DNA of 62,731 nt, counting the filler, from Basidiobolus meristosporus CBS 931.73 (taxonomy: Eukaryota; Fungi; Basidiobolomycota): assembly GCA_002104905.1 (NCBI GenBank). It is 3 parts of 3 records of this genome, joined end to end, with 100 filler letters (N's around TTAATTAATTAA, not from the genome) between each part and the next. Parts side by side here need not be neighbours in the genome. Positions count along the whole stretch, not along the records: positions 49,486 to 62,731 come from MCFE01001212.1; 2 more parts are not named here. The stretch is one strand, 5' to 3'. The position numbers were made by a program, and so were the translations under genes. Positions 49,486-62,731 of this stretch are shown in pieces. Under the pieces are notes generated by a model. That model did no database searches, was not told the origin of the DNA, and worked only from the letters and a program-made list of their open reading frames with translations. How positions within the stretch are numbered: the stretch's first letter is position 1; each line of letters opens with the position of its first letter.

Positions 49486-50865
49486 TCTCGATCCCGGCGA
49501 ACATGGTGTTCCACGAAGGCTCGAAGTTGTAGGCGAGGGAGATAGCAACCGCCTCACCACTATCGCTAACACGGAAGATCCCGGCTTCTTTTTGGCTGAA
49601 CTGGAGGACGAACTCGGTTCTCGATTTCAAGTTGAGTGAATAGAGTTGAAGGTCGAGGAAAACATTGGTGGCGGTATCAGCGGGTGGGAGGAAGGTCTAA
49701 AGCATAACGATGAGTAACATGTAGGGTGAATATCGGCAAATTAAAACGGTCACCTCGGCGCTGACTTCGGATGTGACGCCTTCAAAGCCTAGCTTATGAG
49801 CCCACAGGAATCGCCCTTGGCTCGACTTCCAGATAAGATATGCCGGGTTGGCCGCCCCGCCGACCAGGATCAAGTTGTTGATGTGCTTGGCGTTGCATTC
49901 AACCTTATAAGCGGCCACCTGCTCACCAGCATAGCTGAGTCGATAGACGTACAGGTTCTTGTCCTCACGGTCGCCAACATTTCTGCCAACAAGGTGGACA
50001 CCCTGGGAATCATGAGAAATCTTGAAGAGGACGTGGCTATCGCAAGCAAACAGATTAAGGGCGTAAGTAGTTGTTCATCGAGGCGCGGGAATGCAAGAGA
50101 ATACTAACTCGGCCGGGCTCTCCCAGTTCCATACGATGGCACCGGTGGATGCTTGGAGTTTGAACACGGCTTTACCATGAATAGAGGCGGCGATATGACC
50201 ATCTTCAAGGAAGATGGCATCCACCATTTTTTTGCTTTTCAAGGGTTGCTCGGTCTCAGAGGAAAGAATCGTCTCCCACACAACGTGGCCAGACGTGGCA
50301 TCCCAGAGTCTAGCGGCAACAGTGGATTGGCCGGAGAGGGTGAGGATCTCTTTGGGGTAAGAAGGTAAGTGATCGAGTATCTCCACAGGGGGACTATATC
50401 CGGTTGACTCACGTTCGTTGTGGACCTTCATGGTGTGAATGGTATCATCAGGTTGGAATACTTGGCGCCAAACTATATATGACCACATGGGAGAGGTTGG
50501 TGTCCGTTAGAACGACGTCCAAGAAATACCTGCATGCCACTTGGAACTTACCAAGCTCCCCGTTCTCAGACTTGACTGAGCTTAGTACATTTTTGGTGGT
50601 GGCGGTGATAAAGGTGCGAGTGTTGTTGACAGTGTAAAAGCCGGATACCTTCGGAGTACCGATGTTCTGTTTGTGCCTAAATGCAGGAAAGTTCAGATAT
50701 TGCCGGATGAAGGGGAGCATCGTTGAGCCAAAAGCAACCGTACCAATCTACCAGGCCGATGTGATCTTCGTATAGAGCTAGAGTCGTTTTCCAAGCCACC
50801 AGGGACAGCAGCAGTGGGAGGAAGAAGAAACTCGAAGTTTTCCTTAAACCCGAGAGTAACCTCAT
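49486..50865 (-). CDS. EMC1: ER membrane protein complex subunit 1, 5-prime ~347 codons (truncated by the gap)
   Basis: Signal peptide, then ALYEDHIGLVDWHKQNIG (EMC1 N-terminal signature) and PQQ-like LWDATSGHVVWE. Exons 50865-50744, 50676-50552, 50472-50413, 50349-50109, 50036-49754, 49696-gap; GT-AG introns with consistent phases. Confidence 0.85.
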
Positions 50866-51219
50866 ATTGTTGGGAAAAGTACGCGTACGGGTTACAATGG
50901 AGGTTGGGCCGAAGTATATTCGAGATGGGCGGCCTTTTTGCGGGTACCAATCTTTCCTGGGCCAAATTTCGATTTTTTGACCAATCGAGTTCCCTCAAAT
51001 GGTGATGCTTTCACGGGGAATCACTTCGCCTAGATTGGCGCTCGTCTGCTATCATGGCCTTCGTCGATTCATGCGGGCGACGGCGGGTATTTCAAACAAA
51101 TGACTTAACCAGTGCTCAAGCGGTTGATTCACACATTTATTTAACATCGAGACAACATAAAGAGACGGGATTATGGGGTGGCTGGTCACTTCTAAAACAT
51201 ACTCTAGATTGGCTACTCT

Positions 51220-52189
51220 TTAACTGTTGCACTTGCTCCATTGGTTGTTGGCGCCCAGGAACGAGGTGAGCACACTGAGGTAGGGATGGTTGGTTAGTCT
51301 CGCACTGGCTGGCAATCATAGATGAATCTTTCACGTACCCTGCAAGGCCGATAACTCCCTCGTTGAGATTGACGTACTTCAATGCGCTGAGTGGAAGCAA
51401 CAGGTCGACGGAATCGATAACGAACTGGGTGACAAGCTCCTTTCGGGCCCTAGAGGTGAACGGGATTAGATGTGGGGACGACGGGTAGCCGGGGGTCGGG
51501 AATTATACGTACGTGGTCAATGTTCGGAGCTTCTGGGATGTTTCCTCGTCCAGGGTTTGCACCTGCTCCTGCTTGACGGATTGAACCCGTTTGACCGTCT
51601 CGTACTGCAAGTAATGCTGGCGCAACTTGTACAGGTCTGAGATCCAGGCAAGGAGGATTCCGTAGAGCCAGAATCGATTCGCATTGTCGGTTATCTTCTT
51701 GGCGCTTTTGAAGTTGTACATACCGACCATGTTCACCTAACGAGGGGATTAGTCTATCTCTGAGCCGGTCCTCGGCCGTGGTAAAAACCCCTGCTTACCC
51801 AACTGAGCATATCCAAGGTCAGGTAGGCTGCCATGGAGGCTGCCCTACCGATACTGCAAACACGAAGCAGATCGTCTTGGATCGAGGTGGATTTGACCAT
51901 GGTGTTGATCCATTCTATGGGCTTTCCTAGACGCAACACTTGGGGAGAGGAGGAATGGGTGTCAGCATAGGCTCCGAAGAGGACGAAATCAGGTGGACTT
52001 ACATCTGCGGGCAACTGCAAGGTGAGCTTTCAGTTTGTCGTTGGCGAAAATGGCTTCTTTGCTGTATCCCTGGCGCACCAAGTACCAGGAGAAGAAGCGA
52101 GACAGGTACTGCAGCAGACGGTAGAACTTGTCCCTGCCGTTGGTGGTGGCGGAGTACTTGACGAAAGTGTTCACGACGGGGGAAGACAT
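51220..52189 (-). CDS. PEX11: Peroxisomal biogenesis factor 11 (238 aa)
   Basis: GRDKFYRLLQY, LLRLGKPIEW, DLLLPLSAL...GVIGLAGVLTS. Exons 52189-52003, 51938-51799, 51736-51513, 51449-51339, 51274-51220 total 717 nt; four GT-AG introns of 62-64 nt. Confidence 0.92.
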
Positions 52190-53161
52190 GTTGGTGCTAA
52201 AAAAGCTTAGCTTCAGAGAGGATATGGAAAGCTGTTTGGTTGATGCAAAATACCCATTCTAACTAGGTCGCTTTTATTGACAACTTCTATATGGAATCCC
52301 AGATTTGGTGTAACCAATGGCCATGAATCCCTCCCCGGGGTCACGTGCAGTCTAGATCGGGAGCTAGGGAGAAACCGACATTCGATTGTGGTTAGATGAA
52401 GCGGGCGGTGGTGCGAATGTGACAAATGGCTGGGATCTATGTCATTGCTAGAACAGAGGAGGCTCGTGAGGCGCTGCCGACGATGATTGCAAAGGTGCAA
52501 ACGGACGACTTCAGCGATGTGGGACAAACCCGGCCAGAGCTGGGTGCATATGAAAGGGTGATTTACTAATCGCACATGTGTCGTGTAACCCAACCAATCC
52601 CACGGCATGAAACCTCATTTGTTGCTCATCCTATCTAGAATGTTGACCGCTAATGCAGGTGGATAATTGCCGGCCATGATGGTGCGTCAATAGCACAATA
52701 GTCGAGGTTGAACCCACGGTGGTCCACCTAATTTCTAAAGCCACATTATTGCTTCACCCGTCATTGGACCATGATGCTACGTCATTCATACACCATCATA
52801 AATTGGTGATAGTCACAGTGATGTATCCGCTATTTTACTTCGCTCAAGGTTAGAAAATCGAGATGGTGAGCTGGTACTTCCGGACAAATCCACTCATTCG
52901 TGTGTTGGTGTATGTTTTCAAATCCGTCATGTTCTACACGGAGCAGATGAAGAGAGGATATTCGTTGCTGAATCACGTGGAGTAGATGTCTTGGAAGTGA
53001 TATGGTGAGTATTGAGTTAAAGTGAAGCGTGGGTTCTTTTTGTAGAATTTCGCAGCATTAGATATTGATGTGCATTATGGAAGACCATGGAAAGATGTGC
53101 ACAAACTTTAGTGTCTAACTACTCCTTAGCTGACCCAAGAAAATCAACTCCTGGCTTGGAG

Positions 53162-54150
53162 TGTTGGATACAACAATATTTGTCATCCTTTATTGAAATT
53201 GAAAGTGATTGGGAGAACATGTGGATTATGCGGTTTTCACTTATATGATTTATTGAATGCAAAGTGGCATTTAGACTTTTACAAGCTTGTGTCAAAACGC
53301 ACACATCTATTGTACATAAAAAGGTCCCAAGAACATGTGTACAAAGGCTTTGGAACTGTTTTATCCAAGAGATAGTTGTAATAAAACTCTTGAATGGTTT
53401 AACTAAACCCAAGTGACAACTAGGTGCTGAATCTTAGAATTGTCAGAGAGTGGGAGAAATATTAGCAGAGAAATTCTAGTCTAATATTGGTCTTGTATAT
53501 AGCTGGGTTTGGCTATAAAGGCAACAGAGTTGGTTTTCTATGTAGGCTAGGCTTGGTGTTCTTGGGTGTGCTAGGAATGCTAGGCTTGGGTAGAAACTAG
53601 AACACAATTATTGAATTCTTAATTTTGCTAAGACACAATCTTAATTTTGTTGAGACACACACTAAGCCAAAAGGTTCAGTAAACTTTATTTATACTTTTT
53701 TGATCAGGTTGAATTAGTAAGCACCAAGAGACTGGACTAATTGAAATCTGTTGGGGTGTTGATAGGTGCATAAGATATATGAAAATTGCATCATTAATCA
53801 GCTAATGTCATGGCAACTGTTAAGTTGTTGGATAGATCTCAGATGACTAATCACCTGGGAAGGCTTGGCAGATAAATTGATAAGGTCATGGTCATTTGAG
53901 TATTGATCAGGTGTGACAGCTAATGATAGATTCTGAGATGAGATAAAATAAACCATAACTGGGATTAGTTATGTTTGGGTTAGGGAAAATCAGTTAGGGT
54001 ACTAAATTCTCTAACAGAGTAAAATTGGATAAATCTTAAATGTTGATGCACAACAGGAACAACATTCTGGATTACACTGTTCTGGGTACCTGAAAAAATT
54101 GGTGAAAATATTTCAAGCTCCAACAAAGTGTAAGGGTCATAAGCTAGATC
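53162..54150 (-). mobile_element. Old diverged copia-family LTR, interrupted by a chromovirus solo LTR; boundaries approximate
   Basis: GTGATTGGGAGAACA, AAGGTCCCAAGAACATGTGT and TTCTGGGTACCTG...GGTGAAAATATT match the reverse complement of the copia LTR on either side of the insertion. Confidence 0.65.
53357..54055 (-). mobile_element. Chromovirus solo LTR (699 bp)
   Basis: Aligns with 13351-14047; GGAAC duplicated at 53352-53356 and 54056-54060. Confidence 0.92.
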
Positions 54151-55733
54151 TAAGTGGCTGAGCTGTTGTAAAGCATCAGGTATACATACTTGGCTTGTAC
54201 TCTCTTTGAAAACCCTATTATCTCCACAGTTACAAAGAGTTGTCAGATAAACTGACATGTTCACAACTTCATCTAGTTGAGAGCACTACAACAGTTAAGT
54301 GCATGAATAATCAGCTATATTTCTGCAACAGTCTCACCCTACTATTTATGCATATTATGTTGCAAGCTTTGGTAATCACACCTAAATTCTCCATTAACAT
54401 GGTCACTTGGATCAAAACTTATGAATGTTGGCATTTCTTGCCAGTAAAGTTTCAAAATATGATATAGGCAACCAAGTTCATGTTAATATTCAAGTGTAAA
54501 TATACAATTTGCAACATAGTTCCCAATCCTTGTTACCAAGAGTTAGGGATTCTTTGTCTATTCAACCTTCCCCAATTGAGAGAAACCGCTTGAAGCATAT
54601 GATCCAAGTGGGATGTTTGTTTGTGTTCGAAGTGAAGTTGAACTATGCTAGGGATTTGCCAATTTGTGAGGCATGGCTTCAGCTTCTGGCTGGTGAACTA
54701 GTTACGTTGCACAGATAAATTGGTGGATGAGCAATTCTTTGCAATGATTAATGGAGCCAATTATGGGCCATTGGAAGGGATAAAAATGGAAGCATTGGTG
54801 ATTTACCGCACTGCATTTCCTAAAAATTCATGGTTGCCATACTCAGTGCTGAGGGGAGTGGACTGAATATCTTGACTCTGGACCTTCAATTGAGATAAGG
54901 TGGCTCTGACCGCACATTGGGATGTAGGGCATATTGACCGTTGTACTACTCTGTACACCAATTCTTGTTGTGATGGCTGTCGAGTATTGTAGGTAGCCGT
55001 ATATACCACATTGGTTTCTATGCATACATGAGTTACTCCGCAAAATCTGCACAAACCAAGCCAAACATTGTCATCCAAAGTGAAAGGGTGGTGGAAATCC
55101 AACTATGCACTGGGCAAGGATCAATGCATTGATTCGATTGGAAATAAGCCCATTCTTCATTCGTACATCACATAAAGATAAGGTCCGATCCGAACAAATA
55201 TGAGGATGCAACCTTTGGCGTGGCACAGGCTTTGCTGAATATCATAACCGTCGGCGTGGTACAGACCATCAAAGACGTGAAGGGTAGCATTAGCATGGAA
55301 TCAAGATTGCCTGAATGAGTCATTGGCTCGAGATTGAGATTGGGAGCGGTATCGATTGGTTGCTTCACGCAGGGTACACAGTCTCGAGTATATATGGCTT
55401 AATATGCTCGATATGCCACATTTGTAGATGAATGCAACCCTGTCATAATCATTCATGAATCCCTTTCTTACGTATCTACCGCCTGGAATTACAAATCATC
55501 GCTTGCGTGATATCCGATAGATGCCCAACCCTCTTATCGGGTCATGTGGCCATGGCAAAGGCGGTACAGTAACTGATGCTTTATTCAGCCGGGAAAGGGA
55601 CAACGACAAGGATAGGGTTGGAAAGGGGAAAGTAATCGATGGGAATTATACAGCATGCTTCGCCAGAAGCCAATTAGCCAATAGTTGGGAGGGGGGAGGG
55701 TTCGAATATTTACGCTTTGGCAACGGGGGACGA

Positions 55734-57415
55734 TCATTTCTGGCGGGAGTGTCCATCATCGACCCAAATGTACTCCTGTCTGTCTCTCTCGAAACCGTGG
55801 CTTTCTATGAATTGTTGCGCCTCGGTTGGACCACGTGATCCGTAGGTGTACTTCAATGGCTCGATGTGCTCTCTTTCGATTTGGTGGAGAATAGGAGTAA
55901 AGATTCTCCAGGCCTCATCCAACTCATCATCACGAACGAAGTTCGAGTGATCCCCTTGTAACGCGTCCAAGATCAACGCCTCGTAGGCCTCGGGGATTCT
56001 GACGTCGGAGAATCGGCGTCTGTAGCTAAGATCGAGCTCGGAGATCACCGTGTCCATAGAGAGACCGGGCTTCTTGTTGGTGATCTTCATGTAGACCGCC
56101 TCGTTGGGTTGCACTCGGATGACCAGCTCGTTGCGGGAATGGTTGGGGAAGATGCAGTTCTCGACGTCTCGGAATTGGATTCGAATCTCCGCCTTCTGCT
56201 CGTTGAGCGCTTTGCCACACTTCAAGATGAATGGGATGCCCTTCCATCTCTCGTTGTTGACGAACATCGAGGCAACGGCGTAAGTGGGGGTGTTGGATCC
56301 CTTGGGCACGGTCTCGTCATCCAAGTAGCCGGGTTTGGAGCCATCCTCACTACCGACGTACTGTCCGATCAAGATGTTGTCCTTGGTGATGGGTTCAATG
56401 TACTTCAACACATCCACTTTGGCGGTACGAATGTCTTCGGCATCCAGAGAGGCTGGGCTCTCCATGGCAACAAGAGAGAGGATCTGTAGAAGATCTGGAG
56501 CATCAAGCAGCGTTAGGCCAGGTCTATGGAGTTGGAGGGAACTTGGGAAATGACTTACGATTTTGCATGACATCACGAATGATTCCGAACTCGTCGAAAT
56601 ATCCACCGCGTCCCTCGGTACCAAATGGTTCCTTGAACGTGATCTGGACATTGTCGATATACTGACGATTCCAGATCGCACCCAAGAAGACGTTGGCAAA
56701 GCGAAGAGACATGATGTTCTTGACCATCTCCTTGCCCAGGTAGTGATCGATACGGTAGATCTAGGGAAGACCGGAGCTATATTAGAAGGATGTCCATGAC
56801 AACGCTTATCTATCGGATCAGGAACCTACCTCCTCCTCCTTGAAGCAAGCGCCCAACGCGTTCAACAGAACCTTGGAAGAGTCGAAGTCCTTGCCGAAGG
56901 GTTTCTCTACGATAAGGCGGTTGGAACCCTGGGTGGTATATACATTTTTCTTGACCTGTTGGGCCACAGGAATGAATACGGAGGGGGGAAGAGCCATGTA
57001 GAAGACCCGGTTGGTGTTCTTCCTCTCGCCGGCAAGCTCCTCGAGGTATTGGTTCAGCTTCTGGAACGAGGCGTCCTCGTCATACTGACCGCTGATGTAA
57101 TGGAGATGCTCCAAAAAGCCGTCGACCAGGTTGCGCTCACTGGGGATGAACTTCAGGTAGGAGGCGATACGCTTCTTGAACTCGTCAAGCTCAAGATGGG
57201 AGCGAGCGTAGCCGACGATGTGGGTGTCTCTGGAGAGGAACCGGTTTCTGTAAAGGCCGAACAGGGCAGGGTAGGTCTTCTTTTTGGCCAAGTCTCCGGA
57301 GGCTCCGAATACTACAAGGACAAAGGAAAGTCAATAGGCTGTCCCCACCAGGGAAGAAGTATCGATAAGGCTACCCACCCACAATCACTGTGCTCTCTTG
57401 CGTAAGGTTGGTCAT
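55734..57415 (-). CDS. ZWF1: Glucose-6-phosphate 1-dehydrogenase (493 aa)
   Basis: [62 protein letters not shown]. Exons 57415-57379, 57311-56830, 56760-56559, 56494-55734 total 1482 nt; three GT-AG introns of 64-69 nt. Confidence 0.97.
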
Positions 57416-59781
57416 CCTAAGTGGGGGTGGAGGAAGGATAAACGGTCGAGGGGAATGAATGAGTAGAGCGCTGGAGGAAATTAGGAATTTATGGAATCCG
57501 TTACGAAACCGATATAAAAGCCTGGTGCATAATGGGGGCCCAAATCTGACCTTCTCTCCACCCTCACCCTCACCCTCGTCCTGGTCCTCATCTCGCCAAA
57601 TATGGGAATCTCGGATTGTCCGTGGTTTGCTGATGGCAATCACCCGCTTGAGCGCATTGAAAAAAATCCATTCGTCATTGCCAATCGGTCTGGGTGACGT
57701 CACCTGACTCTTCACCATGGGTCGCACCGCTGGTGACAAGGATAAGCAGCATTTGACATGTCTGTCACACGCGAGGCATATCTACGGGTTAGAGTTTGTG
57801 TGGGCAGATAGATTGGCCAACAAATGACCATTACTAATCAATTGGAGATGTGGTTCGATTCGGGTTGGCTGGATTTCTTTGGAAGTCCAGCGAACCGGGA
57901 ATTCATGCGAGATTTGGGAATGGCTTGGAGTTGGTAAGCGATGGGCCGGCCGATAAGCACTGCGGTTTGCCCGGACAATTTTCCATTACTCATCACCAAC
58001 CTTATCACGGCAATAGTGGTGCAAAGGCCAATTTGGCTTCCGTCGCCGTATCGGTCCCCCGGGATACTGAGGTGGCGTGATCAGAAATTCCATGCCCCGG
58101 GTAATCTGCTCTGATCGGTGCGGTCGTGAGAGCCTGCCTTGGGTGCTTGCTTGACTGATGTGTGTGTGTTTGTAAGGGACGGTTGTTTATCTCGCGTGCA
58201 GCGCGTGACCCAATCATGTGCAATCCAGTCCTCTCTTGTCTAGCACCTAATGGTCCGCAAGCAGTCGTGCGTATCGATGACCTCTGGATTTCAACTGCCA
58301 CGGGGATTTTCTTGAGATCCACATGGCGCACAAGTCTGGATGGACCACCGCCTCTTTCTGCCTTCATGGCCAAAGGCGCTACTCAGAAGCTCCGGTATAG
58401 ATTGAGGACATGACTGGACTGACTTTTGCGGAGGCTTCATTTCCGGTTTTTTCATTTGGATATGACGAGATGATCGACGAGCAATCTCCGGTCGGGCAAT
58501 ACGTTCCGTCGTGTGAATGGGACAGGGGAAGTGGAAGTGGAAGTGGATGTGGAGAGCGACTGTGCAGCGATTCCCATACCGGCTGTCATCGACTGCGCTT
58601 GCCGTCCACCTTGGTGCCTTCTCTCCAAAATCGATCCCAGGGTGCAGTCACCGAACCCCTCCAATACATGACGGCGAAATCGACAAGATCTCATTTCCCC
58701 GAAATGGTTGGAAATGGTAAATAAATGCTCGGTTCCTCAACCAACCACGTTTGAGGCCCAAATGGGCTTGTTCACCCGTCGCATATTCTCCACCGATTTA
58801 TCGGTAGATTGGCTGACATATCTTGGGCCGTAGCAGATAGCTAGAGTGGACCACCTGCCGACTTCCACGAGACGATCGTGTGGAAGGCCCTAGAACATTG
58901 GGGGCTGGTTTCCGCAGCGGTTGGCGGAGCTTGGAATCGTATCTGACGAGGTGCGACTGCCAAAATAAGCATGAAACCAAGGTACACGGTTCGGCAAAGT
59001 CTGCATTCATCACCCTTCGCCCAGCCGATTTTGCTGTACGCGTTATCTGGTGCGAAGAACTGGACTCCCATCCCAGCGGATGTAGTCCCGGCTCTCTTCA
59101 GAAATGGTTGGTCCTGGCCCGTTTGAATTTCATCCGGTTCCCACTCACTCACGACGGAAAGTGGCACCATGGGTGGTTTGTTGGGTTTACTGACAACCAT
59201 ACGCCGGCTAAACCTTCTCCCGGAATCATCTATCCTGGGTTAGCTTTTAGAAGTGGGTTTCAATGTCTTGAAAGTGAAAAATTTCCGGCATCAGTCAAGA
59301 GGCCTGATTCGTCAGTTATGCGGGTGTGACTCCAGGTACTGGGAAGACGCTGTTACTTTATTGTATAGAGGTACTTTTGGTCAAGCTCTTGAATCGCGGC
59401 TAATGTCCGAAGTCCCTGGGGATGATCTCTGTCCCAATGTATCCACATTTCAGCTAAAAATTAAAAAAAAAAGATTCCGTCATAGTTTGGACAATGCTCA
59501 TGTTGGTGCTAATAAATACCCCTCTGTCACAATACCGCCATCAGCGCTAGCTATGGGGATTCAAAGGTATGGGGTATTTTGATTACCAAGCTTGGTCCCA
59601 AGGCTACTCATAGATTTCAAAATTCTTCTCTACTGATTCTCAAATCGCTGGTTTCTTAACCCATGTTGAGCTTATAATCTATGGGCTAGCTCTCGAAGCT
59701 AGAAAAGTTTCTGGTGCTGTTATGATAGTTGTGGGGATACTTATAATCACTGGGAGAACAAGTTGATCATATGGTTATTAC

Positions 59782-62731
59782 TGTTGTAAGAGTCTTGGAT
59801 ATATTGGAAGTGATTGGGAGAACAAGTAGATTATGTGGTTTTCACTTAATGATTTATTGAATGTAAAAGTGGTATTTATACTTTTACCCGGTCTTGGCAT
59901 AAAAAACACGTAGAATAGGTTACGAAAGGTCCCAAGAACATGTGTGCAAAGTTTGGGGCTGTTTGGACAACTTTGAGAATTTTGATGTTCTGGTTTCCTG
60001 GTATTTTGGTGAAAATATTCTAAGTAAATCCCAACAAGGAATTTGGTCAGTATTCTCTAGGATTTGAAGGTAATGATCTAAGTGACTAAGTTAGGTGAAT
60101 ATTTAGGTGGAATTACAAATTTTTACTACACTCCCACTCAGCTAAATGTTCATACTGACTAGTCCTAATTTTGACCTAAGATATTCAAACTTGTCTCTAG
60201 CTAATGGTTTGGTAAATATGTCTGCAATCATTTCATCTGTAGGACAGTAAACTAAGCTAACTAAGTTATTCTCTATAGCTTCACATATGAAATGATGTCT
60301 AATATCTATGTGCTTGGTTCTAGCATGAAAAGTTGGATTTCTACCTAATTGTATACATCCTTGATTATCTTGAAATAAAGTAATAGGTGTTTTTTGACAT
60401 AGGCCTAAATCTGTAAAAAGCTTTCTTAGCCACATTACTTCTTTTGTAGCTTCACAGGCTGCCATATACTCTGCCTCTGTAGTGTAAAGTGCTATGGTTG
60501 GTTGCTTTCTTGAGTTCCATGAAATGGCTCCTTTACAGTAAAGAAAGGTGTATCCTGTGGTGGATCTTCTGTCTTCTAAACTTTGTCCCCAATCAGCATC
60601 AGAGTATCCCACAAGATCCTGTTCTGAATCCTTATAAGTGTATCTTAGGCTGATATCAGCAGTTCCTTTTAGGTATCTAAAAATCCGCTTAACTGCTGCA
60701 ATATGATCAGATCCACTGTTCTGATTATGTTGGCTGACAACTCCCACCAAATATGAGATATCTGGACATGTTCCAAGCATGATATACAGCAAACTGCTGA
60801 CCATAGATTGCTAAGGAAAGTCAGGGCTTTCAGATGGCACCAAGCTCTCTTGATTTGGTTGTGTTTTGATCAAGTTAAGGTTTGTCTCCATTGGGGTAGC
60901 TGCTGGTTTACAGTCTTCCATTTTCTACTTCTTTAGTATATCTTGAATATACTTGGATTGGCTTAGGGTGATAGTCTGGGTACTTCTGTCTATGGATAAC
61001 TTAATCCCTAAGTAGTAACTGAGTTCTCCTAGATTGAACATCTTGAACTCCTTAGATAGGCTGGATTTAGTCTCTTCCAATGCTTCTAGGTTATTGGCAG
61101 CTATAATAAGATCTTCCACATATAGAGCTAATAGAACTGGATTTGCTATCTTCTGGCTTATAGTATATACTATAGTCAGCATTACTCCTTTGGAAACTCA
61201 AAGATTCCAAATAAGAGTCTTTCTTGCAATTCCAGGCTCTAGGTGATTGTCTGAGACCATATAGTGACTTTTTAAGCTTGCAGACCAAATGGGGGTTATC
61301 TTGGTCACAAACCCGTCAGGCTGGTCCATATACATGTCCTCATCAAGTTCTCCATTCAAATATGCAGTTTTTATATCCATTTGATGAAGAGAAAACTTAT
61401 ATTTGGCTGCAATAACCAATATTAATATGATGGAATTAAACTTGGCTACAGGTGCAAAGGTCTCAGTATAGTCAGGTCCTTTTGTTTGAGAGTATCCTTT
61501 GGCTACAAGTCTTGCTTTGTATCTTTCAATTGTACCATCAGCCTTGTATGTTGTCTTGAAGACCCATCTGCATCCAATTGATTTTTGGTTGATTGGTAAT
61601 TTGACTAAGTCCCAAGTTTGATTTTCCATCAGGGCCATATATTCCTCAGTCATTGCAGATCTCCAAAACTTTGTCTGAGGGCTATTTAGGGCCTCTTTTA
61701 CAGTCTGGGGCTTATCAATATGGACTGAATAGGCATAGGCTAAGTTTGTACCCTCATCAGTATAGTAATTTGGGCTATTTCTTGTCCAATTGGATCTCCT
61801 GGCATTTGATACTGGAATGATCTCTTCTGGGATATTCCTGGGCACTGATTCTGGCTGAACCATGGTTGCAGAGTCCTCTGGAGTGAAAAATTTTCATTGT
61901 TTTGCTCCAATTCAATCCTGACAATTGGTGGACTTGAGATCAAATTTTTGTCATCATCTGATGTCATTTTTTGTGAATATTTTGAATTTTCATCAAACAA
62001 CACATCCCTGGACTTGAACAGCTTCTTTGCTTTGGTATTGTAGAGTCTGTATGCCTTACTCTCATTGCAGTGGCCCAAAAATATGCATTTTACACTTTTT
62101 GGCTCAAATTTTGATTGATTTCTGGGCAGTTTCTTGGCATATGCTGTACACCCAAATATTTTAGATGTTCTGCACTTGGCCTGTATCCATGCCATGCTTC
62201 AAATGGAGTAGAGTCATGAAGTATTCTGTTATAACTCCTGTTTTTCAGATATACAGCAGTGGCAACTGATTCCGCCCAAAAATCATAGGATAATTTTTGA
62301 TCATGGATTATAGATCTTGCCATATCAATTATTGATCTGTTAGCATGTTCTGCTACTCCATTTTGCTGTGGGGAGTATGGTACAGTAGTCTCTTGCTTTA
62401 TCCCATGAATTTTGCAAAAGTGGATGAAGAGTTTTGAGGTATATTCTACACCATTGTTAGAGTGTATTTTCTTGATTTTTAACCAGTTTCTCTCTCCACC
62501 ATGACTTTAAACTCCCTGAGCTTAGACAGAGCTTCTTCCTTTCTCTTCATGAAGTAGAACTATGTGTATCTTGTATAATTATCAACAAAAGTGATTAAAT
62601 ACTTCATCCCACCTAAGGATAAATTTTGCATGGGTCCACACACATCTGAGTGAATAACTACTTCTGGTACATAGAGTACTTCTTTAAAGGTCAGTGTATG
62701 ACTTCCTTCACTGCATCTAAGGTTTACTTGG
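59782..62731 (-). mobile_element. Ty1/copia copia-5, 3-prime part, defective; continues beyond the window
   Basis: 3-prime LTR 59782-60130; PPT at 60131-60140; RNase H, RT and integrase with frameshifts; internal deletion near 62655 joins the protease region to HSD of integrase. Confidence 0.92.

Noticed and set aside
54803-55102. 99-aa Cys-containing ORF between the LTR nest and G6PD
   Set aside because: No recognisable motif or splice structure; could be chance or decayed repeat.
55710-55736. Possible cryptic peroxisomal signal on G6PD by stop readthrough, given the PEX11 neighbour
   Set aside because: Readthrough would end in AKA, not a canonical PTS1, and the context is TGA-TCG rather than the readthrough-prone TGA-CTA.
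51220-57415. PEX11-G6PD-EMC1 as a functional gene cluster
   Set aside because: Ordinary housekeeping genes; no shared pathway or synteny evidence is available from this window.

Overview
Eukaryotic DNA, almost certainly fungal and probably an early-diverging lineage. About 80% of the window is deeply nested transposable elements. It holds five copies of one Ty1/copia family (350-bp LTRs, primer site matching half of the initiator tRNA), one chromodomain-bearing Ty3/gypsy element plus solo LTRs, and a CACTA/CMC-type family with CCCTA termini and a divergent accessory ORF. It also holds a PIF/Harbinger-superfamily (DDE_Tnp_4) family with AGACTTGTTC termini, mostly A-N-T target duplications, ~734-bp near-palindromic MITEs and one 210-bp MITE. 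A CpG-rich island (49.5-59.6 kb) carries three intron-containing minus-strand housekeeping genes: EMC1 (cut by a gap), PEX11 and glucose-6-phosphate dehydrogenase. The two 100-nt N gaps contain an artificial TTAATTAATTAA linker, so adjacency across 27.9 kb and 49.4 kb is unproven. The most interesting signals are: (1) the Harbinger-type system, whose palindromic MITE arms appear to evolve in concert and whose transposase ORF is CpG-free; (2) a solo-LTR family that hit ACGG twice; (3) two unusual priming architectures. All boundaries were read by eye; no database searches were run.
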